DNA of 64,000 nt from a virus (lineage: Duplodnaviria; Heunggongvirae; Uroviricota; Caudoviricetes): positions 259,863-323,862 of IMG/VR virus record IMGVR_UViG_3300037484_000445. One strand, given 5' to 3'. Below the pieces are notes generated by a model, which did no database searches, was not told the origin of the DNA, and saw nothing but the letters and a program-made list of their open reading frames with translations. Position 1 is the stretch's first letter; every line of letters starts with the position of its first letter. Positions 38,070 through 47,832 of this stretch are shown here, one piece after another. The position numbers were made by a program, and so were the translations under genes.

Positions 38070-38486
38070 ATGTCTAAGTACGACGACCACATCAAAGAGT
38101 ACCTAGCTAAAGTAGGCTCCCCGTATGGTAAGTGTAGGGAAGCGGCCAAAGAGATGAAAGAGGCCTTTCCTGAGCTCACGATCGTACGCGGTTTCATTAT
38201 CGACATGTTATGGGGTGAACGAAATCATTGGTGGTTAGTCGATACTGAAGGTAAGATTGTCGATCCGACGAAGACTCAATTCCCTTGCGTATTCTCCTAC
38301 AATGCTTGGAGACCAGGAGACCCTGTTAGGTTTGGAACCTGCATGGAGTGCGGTGCTGGTGTCTATCGTAGAGTCTCGGATTTGGACATCGAGGATTCAT
38401 TTTGCGACGAACCCGGAGGGTATATCCCCGGCACGTTCTGCAGCCAAAGCTGTGAAGACTCCTTCGTGCTAGCTCAAGGCGGATAG
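38070..38486 (+). CDS. Cys-containing hypothetical protein
   Basis: ATG preceded by GGTGTATATACCCTAG. Confidence 0.5.
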   Translation: MSKYDDHIKEYLAKVGSPYGKCREAAKEMKEAFPELTIVRGFIIDMLWGERNHWWLVDTEGKIVDPTKTQFPCVFSYNAWRPGDPVRFGTCMECGAGVYRRVSDLDIEDSFCDEPGGYIPGTFCSQSCEDSFVLAQGG

Positions 38487-38745
38487 AACTTCGAAGACGT
38501 ACGTTTCACCCGAGAAACCTACGCCAGCCGATACCAGTTGAGCGTCGCCAACAACAGTGGAGTTCCTAGCGTAGGCCATGCCCGTAGCATAAGCCTCCTT
38601 TATGGCCAAATGAAGGCCGTGGTCCATCAACTCTCGAGGAAAAGGGGCCTGTTCCCGGAGGTTGGTTCCCGAAAACTTGGCGGTCAGTATACCCCCGAAG
38701 TCTTGAACGTGAGATGGTAGGTCTAGGGTAACTTCGTGGACAACT

Positions 38746-39078
38746 CTAACTTTGACCTTCATGGGACCTCAGAGCTTGTTCGACCTCTTGCGTAGGTCGA
38801 AGGGTGAGTTCGTAACCAACACGAGACAGCCAGTCCTGTTCCACGGGATCCGGCAGACCTTCCCCGGTCACACAGAACTCGCCGGACTTGAGCACTTCAA
38901 TCTTGAAGCCGACCCCCTTGAAGAAAAGATGCTGGTTTTCCGTGTCCGCCGTGGGACGCTCAGCTAGTACGAGCGTAATTGGCATGTCCCGCTCAAGCTT
39001 TACAAGTCTAGACTTGCATAAGGTCTCAAGCCTTCGAACTAACTTGGAAATTCCGAGCATACCCCCCAATACGGTCAA
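38746..39078 (-). CDS. hypothetical protein
   Basis: ORF. Confidence 0.4.
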   Translation of the reverse strand: MTVLGGMLGISKLVRRLETLCKSRLVKLERDMPITLVLAERPTADTENQHLFFKGVGFKIEVLKSGEFCVTGEGLPDPVEQDWLSRVGYELTLRPTQEVEQALRSHEGQS

Positions 39079-39090
39079 TCTACCAGGATC

Positions 39091-39321
39091 TTAAGGCTCG
39101 GCCCCGCGATAGCGAAGTATTTCAAGGTAGGAGCTATAAGCGCTATGCCACTGACTGACCACTTCGTCTTCGTCGAGAGAGTTGTCCAGGGTCTTTTGGA
39201 TGATGACTTGCCGAACGTCAGCCACAGCAACCCCCAAGCGCTGAGCCAATGTCCTCTCGAGGGCCGCAAGTTCCTCGAGAGTTTGCTCATCGGTCTGGAT
39301 GAGGTCCTCGAAGTCCTTCAT
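39091..39321 (-). CDS. small acidic protein
   Basis: ORF. Confidence 0.4.
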   Translation of the reverse strand: MKDFEDLIQTDEQTLEELAALERTLAQRLGVAVADVRQVIIQKTLDNSLDEDEVVSQWHSAYSSYLEILRYRGAEP

Positions 39322-40058
39322 TGGATGAAGTGCATCATTTCTACCCAGCGATCGACGATCATCTGCGTGTACAAGACGGGGTCCATACCATAGGACCCAA
39401 GAGCCCAGGCATCGTTGACTTCGACGATGAGGGTGCGACCATCACCGCCCGTAACACCCACGTCAAGGGAGTAGCCACAAGGAGCATTCTTGAAAGAGGC
39501 TATTGCTTCGTGAGCAATCCTCCTTTCCGGGAATATCTCGAAGTCCCCGGCGTAGTGCCGGCAGCCGATCATCAGCTGGTTGTGGACGAAATAGCGATAT
39601 TCCGATACGAAGGAGACCGGATCTGAGGCTACTACCTCCATATCGTCAGGATGATCCGCTAAGGCCACCAAATCCGGGATGGTGCCGTTGAAAACGAACC
39701 CCGTGAAAGCCTTTTGTGCCTTGAGGGGTTTGATGAAGACGGGCCCAGACGTCTTACGTATCTCCCCCAAAGTTGTGGTCCAAGTCTTTCGCCCAAAAAG
39801 GGGCTCTATCTGGGGCGGTACTTCAGGTAGTTCTGGGATCTGCTTACCCAGGCACTTGATGGCTGACTTGACATGGGAGATGTAGCCGTGGACTAGGGTC
39901 TCTGGCTTCAGGTTATCCCGAATGTCCGAGAAGAATGAAAAGAACTGGGTCTCAATATCAAGCCTTTGACAGCCCAACCACAAGCAGTAGGCTGTCTCAT
40001 TGATGGGCAGCTTGGTGTTGTAGTCCACCTGAATGTAAGCAAGCTCAACAGTACTCAT
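39318..40058 (-). CDS. ATP-grasp-fold enzyme
   Basis: VFIKP..G, SEYRYFV, and LIVEVNDAWALGSYG (Mg-binding E-x-N) fit an ATP-grasp C-terminal domain. Confidence 0.5.
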   Translation of the reverse strand: MSTVELAYIQVDYNTKLPINETAYCLWLGCQRLDIETQFFSFFSDIRDNLKPETLVHGYISHVKSAIKCLGKQIPELPEVPPQIEPLFGRKTWTTTLGEIRKTSGPVFIKPLKAQKAFTGFVFNGTIPDLVALADHPDDMEVVASDPVSFVSEYRYFVHNQLMIGCRHYAGDFEIFPERRIAHEAIASFKNAPCGYSLDVGVTGGDGRTLIVEVNDAWALGSYGMDPVLYTQMIVDRWVEMMHFIQ

Positions 40059-40312
40059 GGTGTGCCCAATTTTGGTTGTAGAACTTCAACGGCCGCTAAT
40101 ATCGCTACCTTACCCTCTTCCGTGATCGTGTGGCCTGTCGTGTAATTGAACATCGCACTAGGCTCACTAGACTTCCTAAGAAACCCGTGTTTAATAAGAG
40201 GCGCCAACTCTTCCAACCGCTCATCCTTTGAGCGTAACACTTGAATACCGTTCACTTCGCACTCAATGTAGAAGATCAGCAAATCCTTAAGATTCTCGGC
40301 TGTAAGCTTCAT
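40055..40312 (-). CDS. small hypothetical protein
   Basis: ORF. Confidence 0.4.
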   Translation of the reverse strand: MKLTAENLKDLLIFYIECEVNGIQVLRSKDERLEELAPLIKHGFLRKSSEPSAMFNYTTGHTITEEGKVAILAAVEVLQPKLGTP

Positions 40313-41208
40313 TGAGCAAGAACCTTCTCGAAGCCAGCCATGTTGAGAGCGATCATGATTTGCACGGGTTCGGGAATCTGAGGCATGATGGCCGTAGTTT
40401 CATTGAAGGGGTTGCAACCCCATTCACCAGTTTTGGCCCGGTATGGGTCAACAGCAACCCAAGTCCCAATAGATGGGGTGAGTGCCGCTGCTGCAGCAAC
40501 CACATCATGAAGGGCTTTCCCCATAGGGTGCTTCTTGAAGTAGTAGCGCATCCCCTCCTTGATGAAGTCGAGCCCTGGATGCGCCCCTGATGGAACCTTG
40601 TCATTGAATTCCGGTGGCCAGAATATCCCGTGACACACGTTCTTAGGAACAAGCCTACGATGGCGTATGACCGATAGAGGGTTGCACAGAAGGGCTTTAG
40701 CCGCAGTCGGATCCCCATTCAAATTGTACGTAGGACACGTAATAAGACCATTGAACTTTGGTAGCCTTAGGGGTTCAGGGACAACGTTATCCCCGGCGAA
40801 CCCTCCTTGGCAGGTCCAATGGTTGAAGAACCTAATGCAATCCCGAGCGGCGTTGGCGATGTTCGTCAAAGCAGCACCCGTGACTAGTTGGACGTCTGGG
40901 AACTTCCAAAGAGCATCCTGGATGACGCTCACGGCTGTGTCGTCGGGGGGACTGTCTGGGATCTTACCCAACCAATCATAGTGGAAGGCCGAAACCTTTG
41001 GGCCTGACTTCTTGGGGGTACCAGCGCCGACATAGATGCCTTTCACTCCCAGGCGGTCCAAAACATGACGAACCAGGCCTACCTGGTCATGCCCGCCCGG
41101 ATGAATTGTCACAGCAACGAGATTGGACCTTGGATGGGTCGCTAGGAGAGCTAAAGCGAAGACGTCGTCGGGATCGCTGGTCTCCATATCAAATACGTAA
41201 TTGGTCAT
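40309..41208 (-). CDS. nucleoside hydrolase-like protein (IU-NH family)
   Basis: N-terminal FDMETSDPDDVFALALL resembles the DxDxxxDD Ca-binding signature; 299 aa. Confidence 0.5.
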   Translation of the reverse strand: MTNYVFDMETSDPDDVFALALLATHPRSNLVAVTIHPGGHDQVGLVRHVLDRLGVKGIYVGAGTPKKSGPKVSAFHYDWLGKIPDSPPDDTAVSVIQDALWKFPDVQLVTGAALTNIANAARDCIRFFNHWTCQGGFAGDNVVPEPLRLPKFNGLITCPTYNLNGDPTAAKALLCNPLSVIRHRRLVPKNVCHGIFWPPEFNDKVPSGAHPGLDFIKEGMRYYFKKHPMGKALHDVVAAAAALTPSIGTWVAVDPYRAKTGEWGCNPFNETTAIMPQIPEPVQIMIALNMAGFEKVLAQ

Positions 41209-41247
41209 TTTGCTAATAGATACACCGATCAGTGTATAGGTGTAGAG

Positions 41248-41745
41248 ATGCCCGTAGATTCTTTAGGCCTGACGCCCAAGCAAATCCACGTTATTGCTGA
41301 AGCCTTTGCTCAAGAGGTCGACTTCCAGCCAGGGGATCGGATTGAACCTCTCATCGGGCGCCTTGGAGGAAGAATTCAATACCATGGTCTCAGGGATTCC
41401 TTGGAAGATGTGCCAACTATCGAAGTGCTGGGCGCTCAAATTTTCACAGTGCATACCGCTGGTTACTTGGGGCCGGAAAGGATTCGAGTACAGCTCGGAA
41501 TAGATTTAGGTATCTACGTCATGCACAGCAAGCGTGGCGAGGTCCCCTTAGTGTCCGGCAACCGCTATACCTTCGATCCAGCTCGTCGTGAGGCTTTTCA
41601 ATTCTCGTCAGCCTTCTGGATGCCGACCAAAAAGTTCCTCGAAGTGTATGGTAAGCGAAGTCCTAGCCAGGTGGCTTCAACGTTCCTTGTCACTGAAGCG
41701 ATGGTACTCAATCGAGCCTCAATCTTAGGGCTTCCGAAGGCGTAA
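41248..41745 (+). CDS. hypothetical protein
   Basis: ATG preceded by CAGTGTATAGGTGTAGAG. Confidence 0.5.
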   Translation: MPVDSLGLTPKQIHVIAEAFAQEVDFQPGDRIEPLIGRLGGRIQYHGLRDSLEDVPTIEVLGAQIFTVHTAGYLGPERIRVQLGIDLGIYVMHSKRGEVPLVSGNRYTFDPARREAFQFSSAFWMPTKKFLEVYGKRSPSQVASTFLVTEAMVLNRASILGLPKA

Positions 41746-41918
41746 GGCTTCGTCCAGAGAAGCTTCGACCTCCTCATGCGAGATTAGGCCATTGCCGGTC
41801 GGTAGGGGCCTTCCTGAGACCTCCCGGACCTTTTCAAGGCTCCAACCCCTCAGGTCCTCGATCGGCACGCCAGTGACCCGCTCAAGAGTCCGCTCCAGGG
41901 CTTGCCAGGCAGGGGACG

Positions 41919-42218
41919 TCATCCGTTACGACCTCGTTTTCGTTGGTCCTTCGACCGAATTGTTTTGACCTTGCCGCCCGGATCTTGCTTGGTGATGAAG
42001 GCCACCGTCCGCCGGAAGCGTTCATTTCCAAGCAAGGCTTCGACCGTTGAGTACTGGGCCTCGAGTTCCTTGTTCGAGAATTGGGCGTGAATGGCCCGGT
42101 GGCAATCGCAGCAGATTGGAAGCTTATTGGTCCCCCCTCGAGTCTTGGGGACCAGGTGGTGATCGCTCCAATGCAAAGCAGCTCTTGTGCAAAGGGGACA
42201 ACGGGCAGACTCAGTCAT
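41919..42218 (-). CDS. HNH endonuclease
   Basis: CPLC..HHLVPKTRGG..CCDCHRAIH. Confidence 0.75.
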   Translation of the reverse strand: MTESARCPLCTRAALHWSDHHLVPKTRGGTNKLPICCDCHRAIHAQFSNKELEAQYSTVEALLGNERFRRTVAFITKQDPGGKVKTIRSKDQRKRGRNG

Positions 42219-42466
42219 GGGACTCTCTCAAGCTTGACGTGACCTAGATTCACGGCCCATGCCCGGAATTGCCTTCGTACCATATCGTCCGGATGGTTAG
42301 CCCGTTCGGGCTCCAGAGCTACGCAATAGGCTCGCTTGGCAGCAATATTGGTGGGGTAGATCTCCGGGTAGTTCGAATCCGGAACCCAAACGAAAGGCTT
42401 TTTCTGTAAAGCTTCTAGCCCCTTGGAGTCAAGAGTTTTTCGTCGAAGGATTCGCCAACCGGGCAT
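42215..42466 (-). CDS. small hypothetical protein
   Basis: ATGA overlap with the HNH gene. Confidence 0.4.
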   Translation of the reverse strand: MPGWRILRRKTLDSKGLEALQKKPFVWVPDSNYPEIYPTNIAAKRAYCVALEPERANHPDDMVRRQFRAWAVNLGHVKLERVP

Positions 42467-42496
42467 GAGGTAAGTACGTGATCTAAGCCACCAAGG

Positions 42497-42802
42497 TTAA
42501 GCCTCGAGACGAAACAGATGGCCTACGGTCCCATTTAGCACAACACTGCCGACGTGTGGGCCAAGCGGACCAGAATAGGTTTCCCCGTGAACCCACAGAA
42601 GAAAGCGTTGCATTACAAAGCCGGCTGTCTTCTTACGCCAATTTGGCCCCTCGTAGTAGAAGTACAGCCAAGGGGTTGAGCCTGAGGCTATTATGTTGAA
42701 GACGACGGCACCCGGGGGAAGTAGAACCTCGATCGGAGCCGGGTCACCGTCATAACTAAACTCTCCGGGGTCTATCTTGATGCGCCCCAACTTCCTGATC
42801 AT
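42497..42802 (-). CDS. hypothetical protein (start moved to ATG)
   Basis: The ATG is immediately preceded by the perfect palindrome CGGTGTATATACACCG. Confidence 0.45.
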   Translation of the reverse strand: MIRKLGRIKIDPGEFSYDGDPAPIEVLLPPGAVVFNIIASGSTPWLYFYYEGPNWRKKTAGFVMQRFLLWVHGETYSGPLGPHVGSVVLNGTVGHLFRLEA

Positions 42803-42803
42803 T

Positions 42804-42819
42804 CGGTGTATATACACCG
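42804..42819. promoter_or_regulatory. perfect 16-bp palindrome CGGTGTATATACACCG
   Basis: Best instance of the recurring start-proximal motif. Confidence 0.6.
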
Positions 42820-42853
42820 AGAAGCTTAACTTTTCCATCCGATTGGCGTAGTA

Positions 42854-43162
42854 GTGAATATGCCCTCAAGGACCTACAATGAGCTGAGAACTCTGATCCT
42901 CCCTTTCTGCAACGCCAGCGACCACGTACAATTCCGCACGGAAAATGAGACGGCCTCGGCTGATGTCGAGATGGCCCTCGTGACTTTCTGCACGGATCAA
43001 ACTCGGAAGGCTTCGGTAGTCTCGTTCAAGGTCTTCTTGGACTGCACCTACCGGGTTGGCCAGTCAACTTGCGTACCAACTCAAGGTTCTCGTGAGATCT
43101 TGAAGGCTTACGCACGGGCTAACGTTTTTCTCGCCAAGCTTGACCTTGAGCCGAAGGTATAG
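42854..43162 (+). CDS. hypothetical protein, paralog family C
   Basis: Similar to 45195..45527 (..VGQSTCVPTQGSREILKAYARANVFL). Confidence 0.5.
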   Translation: MNMPSRTYNELRTLILPFCNASDHVQFRTENETASADVEMALVTFCTDQTRKASVVSFKVFLDCTYRVGQSTCVPTQGSREILKAYARANVFLAKLDLEPKV

Positions 43163-43191
43163 GCTTAATCCTACCGTCCAGGAGACTAGAC

Positions 43192-43455
43192 GTGGACTCC
43201 TTCAAAAACGACGAAAAGCTGATTAGTGACGTAAAGGTAGGGGATCGCTACTACGAGTACGATTACAAGGGCCTTCAAAACCACACCGGAAATATCGTCA
43301 CTGTTGTTCGAGTTACCTCCCTTCAAGCGGTCTTGTTGAACGGTAAGCGCTTTAGCCGTATCACAGGCAACACCATTGGGCCTGACAAGTACACGGTCTT
43401 CTACCTGCCGATCACGCCCGCTCGCGAGGCTCGGCCGAACCACGACGCCTATTGA
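43192..43455 (+). CDS. hypothetical protein
   Basis: ORF. Confidence 0.45.
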   Translation: MDSFKNDEKLISDVKVGDRYYEYDYKGLQNHTGNIVTVVRVTSLQAVLLNGKRFSRITGNTIGPDKYTVFYLPITPAREARPNHDAY

Positions 43456-43820
43456 TGCTAAAAGTCATCCTATTCCTCGACGATAATCCGGCTCGACACA
43501 CCGTCATGGATGCCCGATACCCAAATGACTTGGTCGTGCATGCCTACAACATCCATGCTTTTCGAGCAGCGCTTGAGGAGCACGAACACTTTGACATGAT
43601 CAGCCTGGACCATGATCTCAATGATTTTGAGGCTCGGAGCTACATTGGAGATAGCGACGCCACAGGCCGTGACGCCTGTGGCTACATGATGAAGTACCGT
43701 GACAAGCTACCGCCAGTGATCATCATCCACTCGGGGAACGATGACGGATCTAAGGACATGGCGGAATTTCTAGCTAGTCGTGGAGTAGCCTCCCGCCGTC
43801 GGATCCTCTACCCCCTCTGA
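43452..43820 (+). CDS. CheY-like receiver (REC) domain-like protein
   Basis: ILFLDDNP, DMISLDHDL and PPVIIIHSGND occur in receiver-like positions. Confidence 0.4.
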   Translation: MMLKVILFLDDNPARHTVMDARYPNDLVVHAYNIHAFRAALEEHEHFDMISLDHDLNDFEARSYIGDSDATGRDACGYMMKYRDKLPPVIIIHSGNDDGSKDMAEFLASRGVASRRRILYPL

Positions 43821-43821
43821 A

Positions 43822-45225
43822 TCAATCGGCACCCTTGATGTTGGCCAATGGATATAATCTGTTGGCCACTCGGGCAATCTTGTTGTCCGTAAGGACACTA
43901 AGGACTTCGTCCAGGTCTTTGTAGACCCGGCAACATTCATCCAATGGAATATGAGGGTGGTTCGTGGCGATGCCCACCACCGTATCCCCTCCAAGGGTTC
44001 GCTCGACCGTTCGCATATCCTCATCAATTTGGTCCTGCTGGCTCTCGAGTTCACGTCGAGCTCGGCCTCGGGCCATCAAACGACCTGAGCCGTGATTGAC
44101 TGAGCACGCCGATTGAATAGCCCCTGATTGTGCGAAAAGAATAGCGGCCCCATCGTACATCGACCCCGGGATGAGACAGGGGTGGCCGGTCTTTTCCCAA
44201 ACGGTTCCCACGAGGTCAGGGTGGCCCCCTGGAAAAGCTCTAGTGGCCCCCTTACGATGAACAAATCCTTTCTTGGTGGAACCATCAGGAAGAAGCAAGG
44301 TTTCCTCCTGGACGAGGTTGTGACTGATCTCGTAGTAGACAGTAGAGTCTCCCTTGAAAACCTCTTGGAGAGCTTCCTGTATGCCTCTAACTATCACATG
44401 GCGATTAGCGATAGCAAAGTTGGCAGCTGAGTTGTGATAAGCCCAATATTCCTTACCCAGGGCTTCATCTATCCTTAACCAGGATTCCTCACGTCGATTA
44501 TCTGGCAACCCTCGAAGCTCAGCTCCGCGATGAAAGAAGTGATTGGCCGTTTGCCATCCATAACCTCTCGATCCACAGTGGACCATCACGAAGACGTCTC
44601 CTGTTGCCTGGTCCGCCAGAAGTTCTACGTAGTGATTACCTCCCCCGACGGAACCTAGTTGAGGAACAACCTTGTCATAGGCCTTCTCGATGGCCTCCAG
44701 GTCAAGGTCATCTGGGATGGGAATGTATTGTCGTTCACACAGATTGCTATTGACGCCTAAAGCCTTAGCTCCATATCGGAGGATCTCTTGAGCCTTCTTG
44801 TGGCTGAAGGCCGGCATCAACTCCGGACGATTCGAACCAACCCCCGTGGCAATACGCTTTTCTACCTCTCGAACCCAAAGCTCTCGCTTGGCAAAATCCT
44901 GAACATCCTGAGTCTTGAGAGTGGTTTTTAGGGCCACAATTCCACAACTCACATCGTAACCAGACCCCGCTTGAATGAGAACATTGTCCGTGACGATCAC
45001 ACAACCAATAGGTACGCCGAAGCCCATATGACCATCAGGCATACCGTAAACCCCAGTCACGCCTTCATATGAAGCTGCATCGTGAAGCTGACTCCAAAAG
45101 GCTTCTTCAGAAGCCTCATATAGAGTCTCTGAAAAGAACACGTGAGCCTCAACCCTCATCGTGCCTACCTTAGGTAGGACGTAATGACTAGGACTTACCG
45201 GTTGAGCAATGTACTTGAAGGACAT
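43822..45225 (-). CDS. rtcB: RtcB RNA 3'-phosphate/5'-OH ligase
   Basis: MPDGHMGFG, GGGNHYVEL, HCGSRGYG, HNLV and NHGSGR motifs. Confidence 0.9.
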   Translation of the reverse strand: MSFKYIAQPVSPSHYVLPKVGTMRVEAHVFFSETLYEASEEAFWSQLHDAASYEGVTGVYGMPDGHMGFGVPIGCVIVTDNVLIQAGSGYDVSCGIVALKTTLKTQDVQDFAKRELWVREVEKRIATGVGSNRPELMPAFSHKKAQEILRYGAKALGVNSNLCERQYIPIPDDLDLEAIEKAYDKVVPQLGSVGGGNHYVELLADQATGDVFVMVHCGSRGYGWQTANHFFHRGAELRGLPDNRREESWLRIDEALGKEYWAYHNSAANFAIANRHVIVRGIQEALQEVFKGDSTVYYEISHNLVQEETLLLPDGSTKKGFVHRKGATRAFPGGHPDLVGTVWEKTGHPCLIPGSMYDGAAILFAQSGAIQSACSVNHGSGRLMARGRARRELESQQDQIDEDMRTVERTLGGDTVVGIATNHPHIPLDECCRVYKDLDEVLSVLTDNKIARVANRLYPLANIKGAD

Positions 45226-45527
45226 AGAGGGTTCCGGGGCGTGAGGTCGTTCATGAGGAACTGTAGGAGAATAGAGGCCCTAGAATACGCCGCCAGGATA
45301 TCCAGAGCTTCAGGGGTTGTGACGCAAACGGATTGGCCGATGTAGAACGTGAAGTCCGCATTGATATAAACGGAAATCACCAGAAAACCTTTAGGCCCCG
45401 GCGTCCTAAATCGGATGACACACCACTCCAAGCCCTCCGCAACGTGTTCTGGACCGCCGTAGGTGATGCTATCCTGGGGTCGCGTCACGAGCCTATCGAT
45501 CAGGTCACGCATCTGAACGAGGTTCAC
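45195..45527 (-). CDS. hypothetical protein, paralog family C
   Basis: Paralog of 42854..43162. Confidence 0.5.
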   Translation of the reverse strand: MNLVQMRDLIDRLVTRPQDSITYGGPEHVAEGLEWCVIRFRTPGPKGFLVISVYINADFTFYIGQSVCVTTPEALDILAAYSRASILLQFLMNDLTPRNPLCPSSTLLNR

Positions 45528-46180
45528 GTGATCCTCTCATAGCGGAATCGCCGTTCAAAGGCCGTACCCTTTTGGGTCACGGTCAAGATCTTGTAAGTGG
45601 TGAAGCAACCAGCGAGAATAGCAATGATTACCAAGACCAAGATGAGTGCCCAAATACCGTCTTCGTCGGAATCCCCACCAAAGAATCCGGCCACACCATG
45701 AGAGGACTCAGCAATCTCGTATGACGCTGAGTAAATGTTCTCGAACATGGCGTAGGAGTTCCAAGCGGTCTCCGCTGCAGATCCGAAGGTCCGACGCCGC
45801 CAGAAGTACGACCAAGAATTCACCGTGATGACCAAACCGGAACCCAGCAACGGAACCACGATGGCTAAATAACCCAGTTGGTAGAACACCTTCAGGGTGT
45901 CAGCACTGAGGTAGGGCGCGTTGACGGTATGACCGTTGACTTCGTGCTCGAAGGGTATGTTGGCCCCTAGCTGCCCGAGAATCAGCAGATAGCACCAGGT
46001 GAAGCCGACGGCGGACATGATGGCCCCGCACCAGTTCAACAAATGCGGGAAACCACCATCGGCTTTGCTCTCCGTCCAGGACTTACCACAACCCCAAGCG
46101 TTGAAGCAGCTGATGACGAAGTTGATAATCCAAAGTAAGACCATGGTGACTACGCTACCTTCGCCTGCAGTTCTTTGCAA
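45524..46180 (-). CDS. polytopic membrane protein
   Basis: Multiple hydrophobic segments. Confidence 0.55.
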   Translation of the reverse strand: MQRTAGEGSVVTMVLLWIINFVISCFNAWGCGKSWTESKADGGFPHLLNWCGAIMSAVGFTWCYLLILGQLGANIPFEHEVNGHTVNAPYLSADTLKVFYQLGYLAIVVPLLGSGLVITVNSWSYFWRRRTFGSAAETAWNSYAMFENIYSASYEIAESSHGVAGFFGGDSDEDGIWALILVLVIIAILAGCFTTYKILTVTQKGTAFERRFRYERIT

Positions 46181-46902
46181 ACCCTGAAGAGTTCTGTTGC
46201 CTTGAAGTCCAGCACGAGGGGTTGAAGCGTCCGTCGAATCTCGTCAGCTAGTTGCAGAAACGGTTGGCCTTCCACCCTATGATAGATGTCCTCAACGGGG
46301 GAATTGTGATCGTGCATGAAGGGACTAACCCCTTCATGCATGCGGTTGGCCTTCTCAAGCAAGTCCCGCCACATCGCAATCTCGGGACCTCGCACGAGAG
46401 AAAAGGCTTCTTTGCCCCAGTTGCATTCATGCGTCCAGAAGTCGTCTGGCCCGATACTCGAAAGGTCCACGACCCTGCTCGGCGAATGCCCGTTCATCAT
46501 TCGGCCTATGTCGATGCTGTTACCCCAATACAGATTGCCGAAGAAAACGTGGTCCCGTATATCCTCTAAAGTGTGAGGTTCACACAGTTCAAGCCTCACG
46601 CGTTTATCCACGAGCATAAAACAGGCGTGTGGATCATGAGGGCGGTGTCCCTTTTCGTCGGGCTCACCCCATCTGAACGTCAGCCAACCCGAGCCCAAGT
46701 TGAAGTCCCAGGGCAAGCCCTCCTCACCAGATAGGGTTACATTCTGGTTGATTTGGCTGGGAGTACCTACGGGGCGCTCGCACACCTCACGAGTACAGTT
46801 GCAGATTTGATGTTCGTGCCGAGGTTGCGGGGGCCAAGACTCCGAGAAGCTCAAAGTCCCCTTAGGCCCTCGGAAGAAGCTGTTTCTACTTACTATGAGC
46901 AT
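46150..46902 (-). CDS. hypothetical protein (250 aa)
   Basis: ORF. Confidence 0.5.
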   Translation of the reverse strand: MLIVSRNSFFRGPKGTLSFSESWPPQPRHEHQICNCTREVCERPVGTPSQINQNVTLSGEEGLPWDFNLGSGWLTFRWGEPDEKGHRPHDPHACFMLVDKRVRLELCEPHTLEDIRDHVFFGNLYWGNSIDIGRMMNGHSPSRVVDLSSIGPDDFWTHECNWGKEAFSLVRGPEIAMWRDLLEKANRMHEGVSPFMHDHNSPVEDIYHRVEGQPFLQLADEIRRTLQPLVLDFKATELFRVCKELQAKVA

Positions 46903-47083
46903 TGCTTTGTCCTACTGCCAACGATAGACGATAGTGGGGTACCCTCGAGACGTAACGGTGTGGACGGGGACCCATTGAGGTTGGTAGAAAGAAGTCCACG
47001 CTTGTCGTGGGGGATGCTTGTAGTCCCAATAGCAGGCGCCCAACAAAAGCGGGATCATGAGAGCAATGAAGAGCTTCACCGCT

Positions 47084-47473
47084 TCAAGGACTCCAAGTTA
47101 TGTGGGTGACCTGTAGAGGTTTTGCCCGTCGGACCCGCTGGGGTCTAACAGGTCCGTAGCAGATCGACCAGTGATCCCGAACGAATCGCCAAACGGCGTC
47201 CGTAGCTCGCCGGATACCCTCTCCTCGAACCTTGGTAGCATCGGCAAAGACTTTGACATAGGTCCCGCCGACAGAAAACTCTGCCACGAGGACAAGAGTG
47301 CCTCTCTGGTTGACCACCTCGACATGAAAGCCCACACCTTCGAGGATGTTCGTGACGCCAATCTCAGAGGGGTACTGGACCTGTAAAAGACAGGCATTTC
47401 GGCACAGGACCTGAAACCTAGTGCCCTTGAGAACTCGCCGTCGTCTGGGGGGAGATTTTTTCACAGAGGTCAT
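47084..47473 (-). CDS. hypothetical protein
   Basis: ORF. Confidence 0.4.
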   Translation of the reverse strand: MTSVKKSPPRRRRVLKGTRFQVLCRNACLLQVQYPSEIGVTNILEGVGFHVEVVNQRGTLVLVAEFSVGGTYVKVFADATKVRGEGIRRATDAVWRFVRDHWSICYGPVRPQRVRRAKPLQVTHITWSP

Positions 47474-47520
47474 CGCCTGCCAATACGACCAGTCCTAGTG
47501 GGGGTTAAGGCCTGTTCCGG

Positions 47521-47832
47521 CTATATTGTAGGCTTAGGTGGCCCTTCAGCCCCGCTTAGTAGGTCGGCCAACTGTCGACCAAAGGTTTCAACCTGGAGTT
47601 CCAACTGCTTAGCGGCCTCCTCGGGAGATGGGTGACAACCGTAGCTAGGGCCCAAGGTCCTAAGTACGCCACCAGAAGCGGACTTGATGTACCCCATCCA
47701 AAGAGATCTCGGTTGTTGCTTGATCTCTAAGTGGAGGTCGCCGAAAGTACCCTCATACTTGTCAAAGACCTCAGGATTTTCAACGAGCGCCAGGACAGCC
47801 TTACCCACAGTAACGTGCGTCGGCTTGGTCAT
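47521..47832 (-). CDS. hypothetical protein
   Basis: ORF. Confidence 0.45.
   Translation of the reverse strand: MTKPTHVTVGKAVLALVENPEVFDKYEGTFGDLHLEIKQQPRSLWMGYIKSASGGVLRTLGPSYGCHPSPEEAAKQLELQVETFGRQLADLLSGAEGPPKPTI

Noticed and set aside
41919-42218. HNH endonuclease as part of a mobile intron or intein
   Set aside because: No flanking split gene or intron-like structure was seen; left as a free-standing HNH nuclease.
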